Assembly: GCF_033153115.1 (NCBI RefSeq)
Contig: NW_026889762.1
Coordinates: forward strand, 3,472,001-3,536,000
Length of the DNA: 64,000 bases
Origin: Saccostrea echinata
Lineage: Eukaryota
Direction: 5' to 3'
Part shown: positions 35,104 through 47,327 of the stretch, in pieces
Layout of the letters: every line of letters starts with the position of its first letter
How positions within the stretch are numbered: the stretch's first letter is position 1
The notes under the pieces: generated by a model
Told to the model about the DNA's origin: nothing
Seen by the model: only the letters and a program-made list of their open reading frames with translations
Databases searched by the model: none
Position numbers and translations under genes: made by a program

Positions 35104-38100
35104 TCAGCCAAGAATTCCGGGAATCGATATTGCTGTTTGGTTTGGTTTTATACTGTAGTAACAGAAATGGAGCCTCATGTTCGCATGACTGCAACCCGAA
35201 TCAACGAATGGATGAGCCCCTCCGCACGAGTCTTTATTCGCCCCATCTTCATCATCAAAGAAGATGACCTCTTCTGTTACCTGCATTCCAAGCACCTGCT
35301 GACATCCACTGGTGAAGCGGAGGAGGTAGAAAGGCTTGTCAATCGGCAACAATATCTTAGTTTGAGGATGACCATCTTGTCTATTCAAATACAATGAAAA
35401 AAAAAGTAATTATACACTCATAATACATTTTACTTTGTTTTTTGTTCTAAATATCTAATAATCATGCACATCGTTCACATACAATGCAGCTCATGTTAAG
35501 TGTATGCATTTTGTGAAATATCTGGTATTTAAGTTACCTCTGGACGCCAAGCGTCATACCGCAATTTTGACTTGTTTCATCTTAAAAATGTAGGTTTTCC
35601 TGCTTACTTTGTTTTATGAGGATTGATTGATTGTATGTTGTTTAATTCGTTAATTTTTCACTCATATAGAGACGTCAGCGTATGCCGGTGAAGGGCTTCA
35701 AAATTAAGGCCTCTGAGCAGTGAGGGTTCTTCATCGTGCCAACGACTACTGTGACACGAGATCTCGATCGGTTTTAAAGGTCTCATCCGAAAGACCTGCG
35801 ACCTTTACGTTTGGTAAAGGAACAGTCACTACCTATGTTTACGTCTAAGGTTTGACTAGTCAACGGAATCAAACCCAATCAAACCAGGCTTCCCGTTCAC
35901 GAAGCTTGTTTTATAAGGAATAAATTTACTGAAGCCATGGAGATGAAATTGGCAGTTAACAAAGTAAATGGAGATAATAACCTCGTTATGATTTACATAA
36001 ATAGAATAATAATTTCATGATGGCATCATCTCTATTGCCTATATAGGATTGGGTTATAGTGGTGTGTAGAGCCTAAAGAGAAATACATTTAGATCATTTT
36101 CAACAAGAACGTTACAAGGATAAGTCAATCATGATCACATACATATTACATGTAGAAGAATTATCAAGGTGTTATTATGCAACTTCTTCAGGAATGGTCT
36201 ATGGTGTTAGGAACACTGTTGCCGATACTTGTCGGTTATTTCCTCTACCTAAACCATAGGTTATACACTGCCCATTACGCCCAATTAGAAAAATACAAGG
36301 ACAAAAAGTAGCCAGAGAAAACAAGATTGAAGCTGAAATGCCATTTTGAGTGTCAGGATGCTCAACTTGCGGGGGCATCAGCTTTCCTAAGATGCGGTAT
36401 TGATAGCTATGAAAAGATATGGTTGTATTGCTATGAAAAGAAATGGCTGAATCAAAGATTCAGGGGCATATAGTTTTTGCTCTTTCCATCCTTTTGTCTG
36501 TTTATCTGTTTGCCCGCAAAAACTTTAACCTTGTCCATAACTTTTGATTGGCTGGAGCAATGGCTTTTTCACACGAGTATTCCTTGTGACAAGTCCTTTC
36601 TCTGGATACCAAGATATTTGACCTTGGAGTATGATCCACTTTTGCAAAATTTCAACAAACAATAACCTTGGCAATGACTTTTGAACGATAAATGCTACGG
36701 CTTTCTTACTTCACAGATGTATTTCTTGTGATAAGACCTTCCCTTTGGCACCATTTATTTTTACCCTTTTTTCCTTGACCTTGGAGTTTGACCTACTTTT
36801 GAGAAACTTTAACCTTGGCCACAAGTTTCGAACATTTAGTACTAGGGTTTTCATATTTCGCGTGTGTATTCCCTTTAAAAGACCTTTCCTTGGGAACCAA
36901 TAGCTTTGACCGTTTAATGGCTTTTATCTTTGACCTTGGAGTCTGTTCTACTTATGAAAAACTTTTACCTTGGTCATAACTTTTGAATGGTTTGTGCTAG
37001 GGCTTTCATATTTCACATGTGTATTTCGTGTGACAAGACCTTCCCTCGGGCACCGTTTATTTTCATTCTTTGACCTTGACCTTAATGTATGACCTAATTT
37101 AGAGAAACTTTAACCTCAGTCATATCTTTTCAACAGTTGGTGCTAGGGATTTCACATGTTTATTTCTTGTGACAAGACCTTTCTTTGGATACAAATATTT
37201 TTGATCTCTTGACTTTGACCTTGGAGTTTGACTAGCATTTGAGAAAATCTAGTCTTTGTCATTAGCTGCAATACGGGGGCATCTGTGTTTCACAAACATG
37301 TAATTGTTAACCTTTTTTTCTTTGGCCTTAGACACATTGTTGTGTACACTTTACCTGCAGCAGTACCAGATATCAGTGTTATGGGAGTAACCACCGTCCG
37401 GTAGAATACCTCCATGATGATTTTCATTGTTTCCATCCTCATCATCCCAGTGTAAATAACCAGCGCCGAACCCTGACAAATTAGAAAGTCATTGTTAATT
37501 AAAACACATCCTAATCATCCCAGTGTAGAAAACCAGCGCCGAATCCGGACAAATTAGAAAGTCATCGTTAATTAAAACACATCCTAATCATCCCAGTGTA
37601 GATAACCAGCGCCGAATCCGGACAAATTAGAAAGTCGTTGTTAATTAAAACACATTACTGTAGTTCTCAGAAATTTATACTCTAATTTAAGTCAAATTCC
37701 TTTGCGGCTTAAAGGATCATGCACTTCCTGATTTTTTTTATTTATTTATTTATTTATTTTTTTACAATTGTACATTTCGATATTTAATAAAAAGATCATT
37801 CAATGATTTAACATGAAAAGAATTAATATTCAGCGACAATGATATTCTTCATTACCTTACACATGTGTTTGGTGCACGGGATGTATTCGATTTGCTTACA
37901 CTATACAAGCCACTAAACACGAGCAGACAACACTGGTGTGTAGATATTGCTTTCTAACATTTTTTTTACTTTTCTTGAATATACTTCTAATATATTTTTT
38001 AACGTCGCAAACTTCCCACTTTTCAAAAATAGAAAGGACCAATTTTTATTACACGAAGGTGCGAGTATTTTTGACAAACACGCCTGGAATTCATAATACT

Positions 38101-40309
38101 AGAGTAGCTGTAAATTTAAGATTAAAAAGAATTCTGAACTGCCTCTGATATGATATATCGATTTGGAACACTCTAGCAACATGCAAGTCATAAAAAGATG
38201 CCGAAAATTCTGCGGGATATATACATCAACATTATGCCTATATATACCCTGTAATCAGACGATGTATTAAAAATATACATGTGCTGCTTTGAAGTTTATT
38301 CAGATCAAAAATTTATGTTTTTTTTTAAATTCTCATTATATAATTTGACTCTTACATAAGATTTAAAAATCAAAAGACAATAAATAGACTGGAATAAAAT
38401 CAATCCTTAAATCATTCAGGCACTACTCTATGAATTTATAACTTAAAATCACGGAGTTTACCGTATGGACAGTCGCCTTTCTTTGCGATACAGTAGTTTC
38501 CCGTTGGCCACTTTCTGTTGTATTCATTCACAGTTGGGGTTTGTTTAACACAAAAACGTGTCGTGATAGCATCATGGTTTAAAGGTCCTGAAAATAATTT
38601 GAAAGAGGATGAAAGATGTATTAGATTTTGTAATGTGTGTATATGACATCCTTTAAAAAATTCATTTCTTTATTTGTTTAGATTAAAATCATTATAATTG
38701 TTCTACCCTTTTGCATTAAAACAATACATTATGATTTTTCATGTAAAATCCTTGTTAAAAGAAAACAGAATGAGTCACCAACTTCTAAAAATCAATGCAA
38801 ATGTCAGGTTGAAATAAAACTTCTGTGAAAATCACCCAGACATTTTGTTAAAAATCTCATACCAAATTCTTTTCACATATTCTCATAATTCAAACACAGT
38901 TGTATATTCAACACTGTGTACCTGTCATATGTATCCCCGGTGTCCATTGGTTACTATTCCGGCGGTCTTCCGTATCTTGAGTCAAATAACCGGTTACAAA
39001 GTCCAACGGATCAGTCGGACAACCGGAAGTAGGCATGTAAAGTGCATAGGTCCCAGAAGGCCATGTCACCGGAAGCTTAATTTCTACTGATGATATTTAG
39101 AAAATAAAGATATGGAAGTAAATTCTTTCCCTCATGGAACATGACATGTATAAACTTTTACCAGTTCTAAGTTGCCAGTACAAAGATTCTGAAATAATTT
39201 ATAGTATTGTGCAGATATATTTCACATTTTATCAACTTTAACCTACACGAAGGAGGGACCTCTCCACCAATGAGCGTCGGGTATTCACTCAAGGCTCTCT
39301 CCATATTATTCTTCCATACAGTCAGGTTAATAACTTTACAGATCCCACTGTCAACGAGAACGTCCTGGACTTGCCAGTATTTTTCCGCTATGATGTCAGA
39401 TATTGGTATCATGGCCCAAGAAATGGGAGCCTTTATGGGAAACCCGGTACTGAACTGGGCCAGACTGGATCCAAGGGGAAGCTTTGGAAAATCACTATGA
39501 TGAAGGTGTGACATGTTTAACTGCACAACGGATCCGTATCCTAATAAAGACTCCGTTTTCAATATAGCAGCGCCATCGTTTCCCTAAAGAGAAAACTAAT
39601 TTGATAAGTATATCATTATCATCCATTGTATTATATATACAATCTTTTATGGCAAACTAGTTATTTCACCGAGTTACCACTTCCTTCCCTCGCCAAGAAT
39701 CCCTCTCCCTTCAACGGACCCTTTTCTGATTTCCATTCTAATCATTGAGTCAGACTGACTGAATTTTTTCTTTGCTTAAACTTACCAATTTCAATAAGTA
39801 TTCCTCCAGATCTGATATAGAAAGGCGATATCTTGTTACATTCCGCGCCCCTAGATCCACCTCCATGGTGACGTGCTAAAAATATCAAAATTTTTGTATT
39901 AAAATACTCTTTCTTTAACCATTCCTATCAATATTAACATGACAAATATACATAGTTATGCCCATGCTGTACACATACGATACGCGATGAGCTGAGTTTT
40001 AAAATTACTGAAGTGATACAACTGTAAATGTAAAATCTTGCGCTTTCTACATACATGCATCATTTATATGCATATTGCTTGTACTTATTCTTTTATTCCA
40101 TTAAAAAAATCTTTAAATAATTCTTAAATGTGTATTTTTTTTTTACCAGGAATTACAAACTTGATTGAAACTACGGTAAAAGTAACCAGTTTTTATCGTC
40201 ATACGCGTGAGATTAATGCAAGTGGAGGACATCATTTTAATAAGGGTTTGGAAATGTTTAAAACAAAAACAAAAAAAAAAAAAAATAAATAAATAAATAA
40301 ATAAATAAA

Positions 40310-40348
<39 letters not shown>

Positions 40349-42537
40349 GGCGCTTCAAAGTTACTCAGCTTTCTATTTAATACTTTTAAGTGTGTTAAAC
40401 AGAATGTAATTCAGGAATAAGATTTTATTTTAAAATACTTTTTTTTTTTAAATTACGTCGATCGTTTATGACTTTACAATGAATTTGTGGTCATGTGAAA
40501 ACATGAACTTAAACAAGATCAATACGCATTGCTAAAATAGAGTCATATAAGGGGAAATATTTGTGAATATAAATATATTTCTAAATCTTTTTATTTCATC
40601 TTATGAAACTTTACCGTTCCCCAGGTGTCAATAAAAGCTTTGTAAGAACTCTGATCATATATCATTGGTAGTTGACACACATCACGAGCGAATTCCTGTG
40701 TGATCATATTTCGTTCTACATGACCCACCGGAAGAACATATCGAGCATGCTCTGATGTACAGGAAATGATTTCATCTCGAAAAACGTCATATTGAGTCAA
40801 GGTTTTCTGCTTAATATCTTGATAAACTACAAACAATTAAAGAAATGTTGCTGCACTTTTATTTTCATTGCTTTGTGGCATAAAATTCTGTGGAATTTAC
40901 TATGCAATAAACTTTTAACAGATGATAGATGCTTGTATTTTAACAATTCTTTTCCTTTTTGTTCCTTCTACTCCTGTCGTAGATATATATGTGTGCTAGG
41001 TTTCATTGATTTGGGACTATAGAACTGCGACAACCATGATATGTCGCAAATAATTCAAACTTTATTTTAAATTTGTAAGTTTTTTATATTAATATTTCCT
41101 TACGTGGATTAGCAGAGAAAGCGTAACTGCTGACTGGTGCCATTCCGCTATCTAAAACACCAAAATGTATATTCAGCTTACCAATAGTAACATTGAACAA
41201 TAAAATGCATTTCGGTATTGAAAAATGAATTAAGAGTATCTGTTGTTGATTCGTCAGAGGTATTTCATATGCTAATAAATTTTCCAAGCCTGCATTTTAC
41301 CTGTTGTAGATATGTAATGAAGAATATATTCCTTGTACGACTCAGGGTCATAAAAGACGGAAGTTGACGACATCTGCGTGCAACGTGGGTAAGCCGTCTT
41401 TTTGATATATGAACTTCCGTCAATCTCAGTCTCCAGAATGTTTCTTGTCAGGAGCAAACCAGGGTCTTGTCCAAGCTTTGCCCATTCCCCGCCGTCTGGA
41501 TTCCCTTTAACCATGTTGTAGCCTACACCAAGGTACAAGTTGTCTAAAGTTGACTGAGCAGGACAAACAAAGGCAGGCAAAGACCATATAAACACCACAA
41601 GGACAGAGACCTGTAAATCAAATTTCCTCTCATAAACTCTAATATTTTTTCGATAATGGTTTCTAAGTTTATCTCAGGGACTTAGCATCGTTTTTGAAAG
41701 GGGGTCAGCCAGTAGGGGGTGGGGGTGGGGTAGGTAGGTTCTAACTTCTTTCACTACCAAATTTAATTCATAAACTACTACAAAACCTTTTTTTACTATT
41801 CTACAACAAAAAGTGGGGGAGGGGGCTTTCAATTAACATTTCAAATAGTAAAAAAGTCTTTGGAAAAAAGTGGGGGAGGGGGGAGGGGCTAGCCCCCCCC
41901 CCCCCCCCGTTGCTACGTGCCTGTATTTGATCACAGTTTTTGGCCTTTCCTTGAGATTTGAGAGTTCGGTAACAAAAAATATACAGCTCTTTTCAATCAG
42001 TGTTCCAGCTACCCTACGTTTCACTTTAGAAATACGGTTTTAGTTTGAAAGTTTGCTGTCTCAATACTTTCTTCTGGATATTTTCATCATTGCAATTCAG
42101 GCCCATAGAAACGGCTTCGAAAGTTGGGGGGGGGGGGCAACTTCCGAAATATATCTGACAATTAAGCAAAAAAAAAAAAGCTAATTTACTGAGCCTGTGC
42201 TCGACCTTACTACATCAAAAAGTGTGTGTGTGTGGGGGGGGGGGGGGGGGAGAGACAACCAGCATCTAAAAGAAAATCTACAATAGCAAAATACTGTACT
42301 TGGAAAAAACGTGCACCCCCCCCCCCGTTCTTGGCATTCAAAGTCGGAATGAAAAGGAGGTTGGTTATCCCCCATCTCCACATGATTTTTACTTTTCTTC
42401 CTATCTGATACCCCGAACATTTCTCTCCTTTTTTGTTTTTTCAGCTTTATACCCTTGCAACCTCTCCTCCCTGTTCCCGCCTTGCACCCATTCCCCCCAC
42501 CTCCCATTTATACTGCCTCCTCCTTCTCTTCCTCTTT

Positions 42538-42632
<95 letters not shown>

Positions 42633-45600
42633 TAATTACCCCTTATGAGGTCAACGTGAAATAAGGACCCGAGACCTGGCCCACGAGGTGACCTGACCTG
42701 ATCGAGGCCGCGCAGCCAGGTCGGTCCTTATTTCACCATGTTGAACTCATAAGGGGTAATCAATTGTTTTTAATTATTATACCGACATAAGTTAAGAAAA
42801 TTTTGTAGGCTTAATTACTAAAATTGTCAATTGTGTATTAGACCTACGAACTTTTATTATCAGTGTTTCATCGGGATCGGGATTCGCTAGTGAAGTTTGT
42901 TTACTTTTCGCCTGCAAGTCTTGTAAGTTTTTGCACCGCCGATTTATTAAAACATTCTGTGATTGTCAGTAACATGCATTTTTATAAATTCATAAATACC
43001 ATTTCCGAGTACAATGACAATCTGGTGCAGACTTTTACTGTACAAAAGAGCCAATTCTGCATTCGTTGAATTTGACATTGTAACGAAAGTTTCAATGAAA
43101 ACGATAAATTTTATGACGCATCTGAAGGACTAGTGCGAAATATCTGAAGTTTTCTTGGCTTTTTTACGATTTTGATATTTTACGTGCCAGGAAAACGTCA
43201 GAACCGGTGCCATTACGAAAACTGGGAATTCGCCGCCTCCAACCAGAGGCGGCATTCTCGGGTTGATTTTCTATACTTGCGAACCGAATTAAATGTCAAA
43301 CTCACAACTTATCAATAGTACAATACCTTTAGTACTCACCAACATCGTTTTTATGGTTCGTTTATAAAATATACAATCCGATGAAAACATTTTATCTGAC
43401 TGTTGAGATTTGTTTTCATTTTGTGCATTTTAAAATCTTGCAAGTCCTGTATCGAAATGTGGAGTGATGTTTTCATTTCATCGAGTTTGGTGAGTACAAG
43501 AAGCATTGTGCTATCGATAAATTGTGAGTTCACCATTTAATACGATTTGCAAGTATCGAAACTCAACTCCGCAAATTTCCAGTTTTCTTAATGGCGCCGG
43601 GTCTGACGTTTTCCTGGCACGTAAAATATCAAAATCGTGAAAAAAGCCTGGAAAAACGTCAGAAATTTCGGACTACTGAAGGACAATCGTATTCCTTATC
43701 ATAAATAGACTATACATACTTTTATAACGACACTTTTTTGTAATGAACTGTCATTACTGTATGCATTAGTTTTTAAATTTAAATGGAATTTAGATTAACA
43801 GGTCATTTTAGCGGTCATTACTGGAGTATTTATAATGACCGGGTCATTATACCCCACGTGCAATGGTTCCTAGGTCATTATTGCTATAAATGGTACTTTT
43901 TGGAGTCATTATTGAGGTTAAAAAACCTTCTAACAAGCCAATCAAATTTGAGTATTCTTAATAGAGGTATAATAATTTAAAAAAAAAAATACCATTCTGA
44001 TTAAATTTGACATCTCTAGACTAAGGAAATTAATCCTTATGTATGTAGTTATAATTATAACTAATCATATTCACATAGCTTCATAAAACCTAACCAAATA
44101 AAGACAGTCACATCCTGGTGTCGAAATTCTATAATATAATTCTTCTGTATGGTTGTGAAATTTGTAAATAACCCCTTTGCTTCCAAATTTAAATACAAAG
44201 ATATTACAATGGACAAAATATTTAACAAATTAAAATGTGAAACAATGCACACTAAATACTGCAAGGCTATTCTTGGTGTGCATAGGAAGTCAACTAACTT
44301 TGCAGTTCTATCTGAGCTAGGTAGATTTCCACTGTATTATAGAATTATTAAAGCTATGCTAAGTTATTGGTTTCGATTTGAAACATTACATCCATCTTTT
44401 GTCCTTTTCAAGGAAGCGTATTCAGTATCAAAAAGCCTCTTTCTACACAATAAACCATCATGGTTTGCATCCATCCAGACAATTTTGGGTTAGTTATCTG
44501 ATTTAAAAAAAAAATTGACTTATCAAAACCAAGCATTTATTCATTTAAAAAGAAGTCATCATGTATTATAAGACAGTATTTTATAAACCTATGGTATAAA
44601 GAAAATAAAGTGCAAAATAATGGCAAACTAAGAACTTATTCCACTTTCAAAAACAACTTTGGAAGAGAGCACTATCTCAACATTATTAATAACTATGATC
44701 AGAGGAAAAATGTAACTAAACTACGCATTTCTGCACATCAATTAAATATTGAAAGGGGAAAATATGCAGGGCTTCCCCCTGAATCTAGAAAGTGTTCTCA
44801 ATGTAATACGCAGGAGGTTGAAGATGAACAGCATTTTTTGCTTATATGTCCAAAATATAAGAATGAAAGGTTGCAATTAATGGAAACAATTTCAAAAATC
44901 AACCCAAATTTCTCTTCTTTGACACCTGCTGAAAAACTTGTATGGATTTTGAATAATGAAAATAAAGAAATTTTATGCTTACTTGGGAAATTTATTTCTG
45001 AAAATGGTAAAAGAACCAATGTATAAATACATCTGTCATCATGTACATGCATGCCTTTTCTCCAATTTTACTTTATTGTATTTTTTTCTGAAATATATTA
45101 CAATTTTAAAGGGAACAAACCCATACAAATGTATAAATACATGTATGAACTTGTTGTAGCATAACATATTTGTATTGTCTTGGGATCAATGACCATAATT
45201 TGGACACTTGGCACTGGTATTGTCTATAATTATTAACGCTGAATACAATGTTATATAACTGTTTATGTAACTGTTTATATATATATATTTATTTATATAC
45301 AAAAAATGTATATTGTGAATTATGTTTAAATTATGCATTTATATATGTGGAAATGCCTCTCGGGGCCCTTGATTGGTAAATAAAATATCTTGTGTCTAAT
45401 ACAGTAATTTCCGTGTTACCGGTACTGTACTTTCCTTGATCCAATTAAAAATTGTGTAATTCAATTAAACAGATTCACGATTCATTTTTTTTTTTATCAA
45501 TCTTGCAATCCATAATGTCCCTACACGTATTTCATTGCGTTTTAATACTATTCCTTTCTTTTGCGCGATAAACTGTTCAATGATAGTGTACAACATACTT

Positions 45601-46207
45601 CCTAGTCCGCAAGCATTACACAGGTCAAAGATAAAACCAGGAAAACCCTTAATGTGTGTAAAGAGTTTTATTTCGTTCTTCTAAAGCGAAATTGTCAGCT
45701 AAAGAAATTTCAGAAATGATTCACAAAAATTTTCTTTAAATATAAATAATATATCCTTGATTTTATGAAATATATCCTTGATTTTATGCACAGAAATAAG
45801 AAGTAAATGTAGAAAAGGGCGTTAGGGTTTATATTTTTGTCGTTCTTAAACTTCCGTCAGTTATTTGGATGAAAACTGAAAAATTAAAATCTCACAATAT
45901 CGATGTACGCTGTTCATTTACACTGTTGACTTTTTTTTGGTTAACTGATGTTTCCTTATGATTACCGGTAACAATTTTCCATCTGGCATTTATTCATATT
46001 TGGCTATTAAAAATCACGTGAAAAATGGCGCTACTCTTATAACAATATAAATATGCCTAGTATTTAACATTTGAACTTATTATAGATCAGTAATCAACTA
46101 GTACAGTGTATATAATGCAAAATAATCTTTAATCGAGGACCCTTAACCTAATGCGGACATTGTTCATTTAATTTGGTGACACGATGACAAATTCAATTTA
46201 CCTTCAT
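35104..46207 (-). CDS. Apextrin-like secreted protein: signal peptide + MACPF + ApeC domain, 562 aa, 10 coding exons
   Basis: Exons (minus strand): 46202-46207, 41301-41610, 41104-41151, 40615-40826, 39786-39875, 39247-39583, 38922-39086, 38462-38587, 37355-37472, 35104-35380. All introns are GT-AG with consistent phases, 1689 nt in total. Motifs: signal MKVSVLVVFIWSLPAF; YLGVGYNMVKGNPDG; MACPF signature FIDTWGTHVTMEVDLG; ApeC WPSGTYALYMPTSGCP, FC, WPTGNYCIAKKGDCP, WDDED, YCCRQDG, LPIDKPFYL, CQQV, FDDED, FCYY. The 6-nt first exon is the least certain part. Confidence 0.92.
35622..35860 (-). mobile_element. Degenerate V-SINE-related copy in the last intron of the apextrin-like gene
   Basis: gattgattgattgtatgttgtttaa…tttcactcatatagagacg…gagcagtgagggttctt…cgtgcca, homologous to 27740-28047. 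Confidence 0.75.
36451..37308 (+). mobile_element. Helentron-type non-autonomous element with internal tandem repeats (second family)
   Basis: ggggcatatagtttt start, (TCTG/TTTG) microsatellite, repeated ~150-bp units (tgtgacaagacctt…tgaccttggagtttgacc…aaactttaacctt) and cgggggcatctgtgtttcacaaaca end. An inverted relative lies at 52415-53120. Confidence 0.7.
37434..37655. repeat. Three tandem 73-bp units spanning an intron/exon acceptor
   Basis: atcatcccagtgta…accagcgccgaa…gacaaattagaaagtc…ttaattaaaacacat starts at 37441, 37514 and 37587. Confidence 0.95.
42098..42330 (+). mobile_element. MITE fragment with a CAGG terminus (hAT-like)
   Basis: Reverse-complement homologue at about 46625-46843 (caggccc…aacgg.ttc.aaagt…ctgaca…atttactg…catcaaaaagtg…caaccagcatctaaaagaaaat). 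Confidence 0.6.
42540..42628. repeat. (TA)n microsatellite
   Basis: Pure TA run. It explains the spurious YIYI ORFs. Confidence 0.99.
42629..43975. mobile_element. Non-autonomous element with a 5' foldback palindrome, host of a nested MITE
   Basis: Palindrome 42629-42767 (caattaattaccccttatgag…ctcataaggggtaatcaattg), then attattatacc (about 42773), which pairs with ggtataataat (about 43966). The right boundary is inferred. Confidence 0.55.
43131..43675. mobile_element. MITE with about 100-bp TIRs, TAG…CTA termini and a 9-bp TSD (Academ- or Mutator-like)
   Basis: TSD CTGAAGGAC at 43122-43130 and 43676-43684. The TIRs share acgattttgatattttacgtgccaggaaaacgtcaga and its reverse complement. Confidence 0.9.
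44130..45397 (+). mobile_element. LINE 3' remnant (RTEX-like ORF2 C-terminus with Cys/His motif)
   Basis: Broken ORFs: HTKYCKAILGVHRKSTNFAVLSELGRFPL…YW and KLRTYSTFK…KLRISAHQLNIERGKY…RKCSQCN…EDEQHFLLICPKY. The 3' end is aataaaatatcttg. Clade assigned by motif resemblance. Confidence 0.85.
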
Positions 46208-46260
46208 AATGAGTATAATCCGTGGTTCGTAATAGCTGCGCGGAATATAAGGTTTAAAAG

Positions 46261-46315
46261 TTTATCAATAGAGGTCAGCTGAAGGGGAATTCAGTTTTGT
46301 GCTTATCATTTTATA
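46261..46315 (-). promoter_or_regulatory. Candidate core promoter of the apextrin-like gene
   Basis: Minus-strand TATAAAA at 46315-46309, TGATAAG at 46308-46302, kB-like GGGGAATTCA at 46284-46293 (plus strand), Inr-like TCAGCT near 46282 and a second TGATAA at 46267-46262. All lie 55-110 bp upstream of the predicted ATG. Confidence 0.5.
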
Positions 46316-47327
46316 TGGCGTTTAATTTATTTGATGTTCTGCAAAACAATTCCTATGTGATTGAATTTTCAAATATTTTTTTACCAGTCTTCTTAATTAG
46401 AATAAAGGACACGTCATGCTGTTTTTAACTGTAATTAATATGACTGATGTCGAGGCAGTATATATAGATCATTCCTCTTTGATTTCACCGTATAGAATTA
46501 TTCAGCTCTTTAAATGAAAATTCTTTTTTATTCTAAACATAACCAATAAGTCCTGTAATTTCAGTGTCCGTAAATGCACATATGATATTGAATACATATT
46601 TTTTATTCTAAAATATGCCCGAAGAACGAGGGGGGGGGGGGGGTATAGTATAGTATTTTGCTAAAGTAAATTTTCTTTTAGATGCTGGTTGCCACCCCCC
46701 CCCCCCCACACCCACTTTTTGATGTTGTATGGTAGAGGACTGGCAAATACAAGGATTCGGACAGTAAATGACCTGTTTTTTTGCTTGTCAGATTATTTGG
46801 GGAAGTTTGTCCATCCACTTTTGAAACCGTTGTTACGGGCCTGTGAAATGTAAAGTTCTTTGTACAGTGTTTATTTCAGGGTAGGAGCAAATTGTCATCT
46901 CGAGACCAGTTTTCAGAAGCGCATGAACTCAAAATGAAAATGGGCATTACGTTCATTTAAAATAGATTGATATCAAACAATGACAAGGAACTAATTATAG
47001 ACGTGGCATTAATAAACAGTCCTAAGGGACCGGAACGGAGACCCCTGAACATTCACTTAAACTTAGGTCATGTGATAATTTAACAAGGAATATTACTTTG
47101 AGAAAAAAATGAACTGGAGGTGCATATTGTGATAAGTGATTTAAAGCCAGTGGCGGAAGTACTGACTTAGCCATTATAGAACTGTCAACAACCTCACAAG
47201 TATAACGTTTTTCAAAAAGCTTTGCCGTCTTTAGCAACAACTTATTACAGTTAACTGATATACACAAGTCAGGCCGTATCATTCTGGAAAGTCCCTGGCT
47301 TTGTGTTTTTCAGCAGCTTTTTACAAA

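Noticed and set aside
40143-40358. Extra exon of the MACPF gene
   Set aside because: No suitable acceptor. The MACPF motif is completed in frame by joining 40615 to 39875 (WGT|HVT).
42181-42664. Overlapping ORFs with poly-Gly or (YI)n
   Set aside because: These are translations of poly-G runs and the (TA)n microsatellite. The same applies to 63607-63816 and the poly-A ORFs at 19860-20105.
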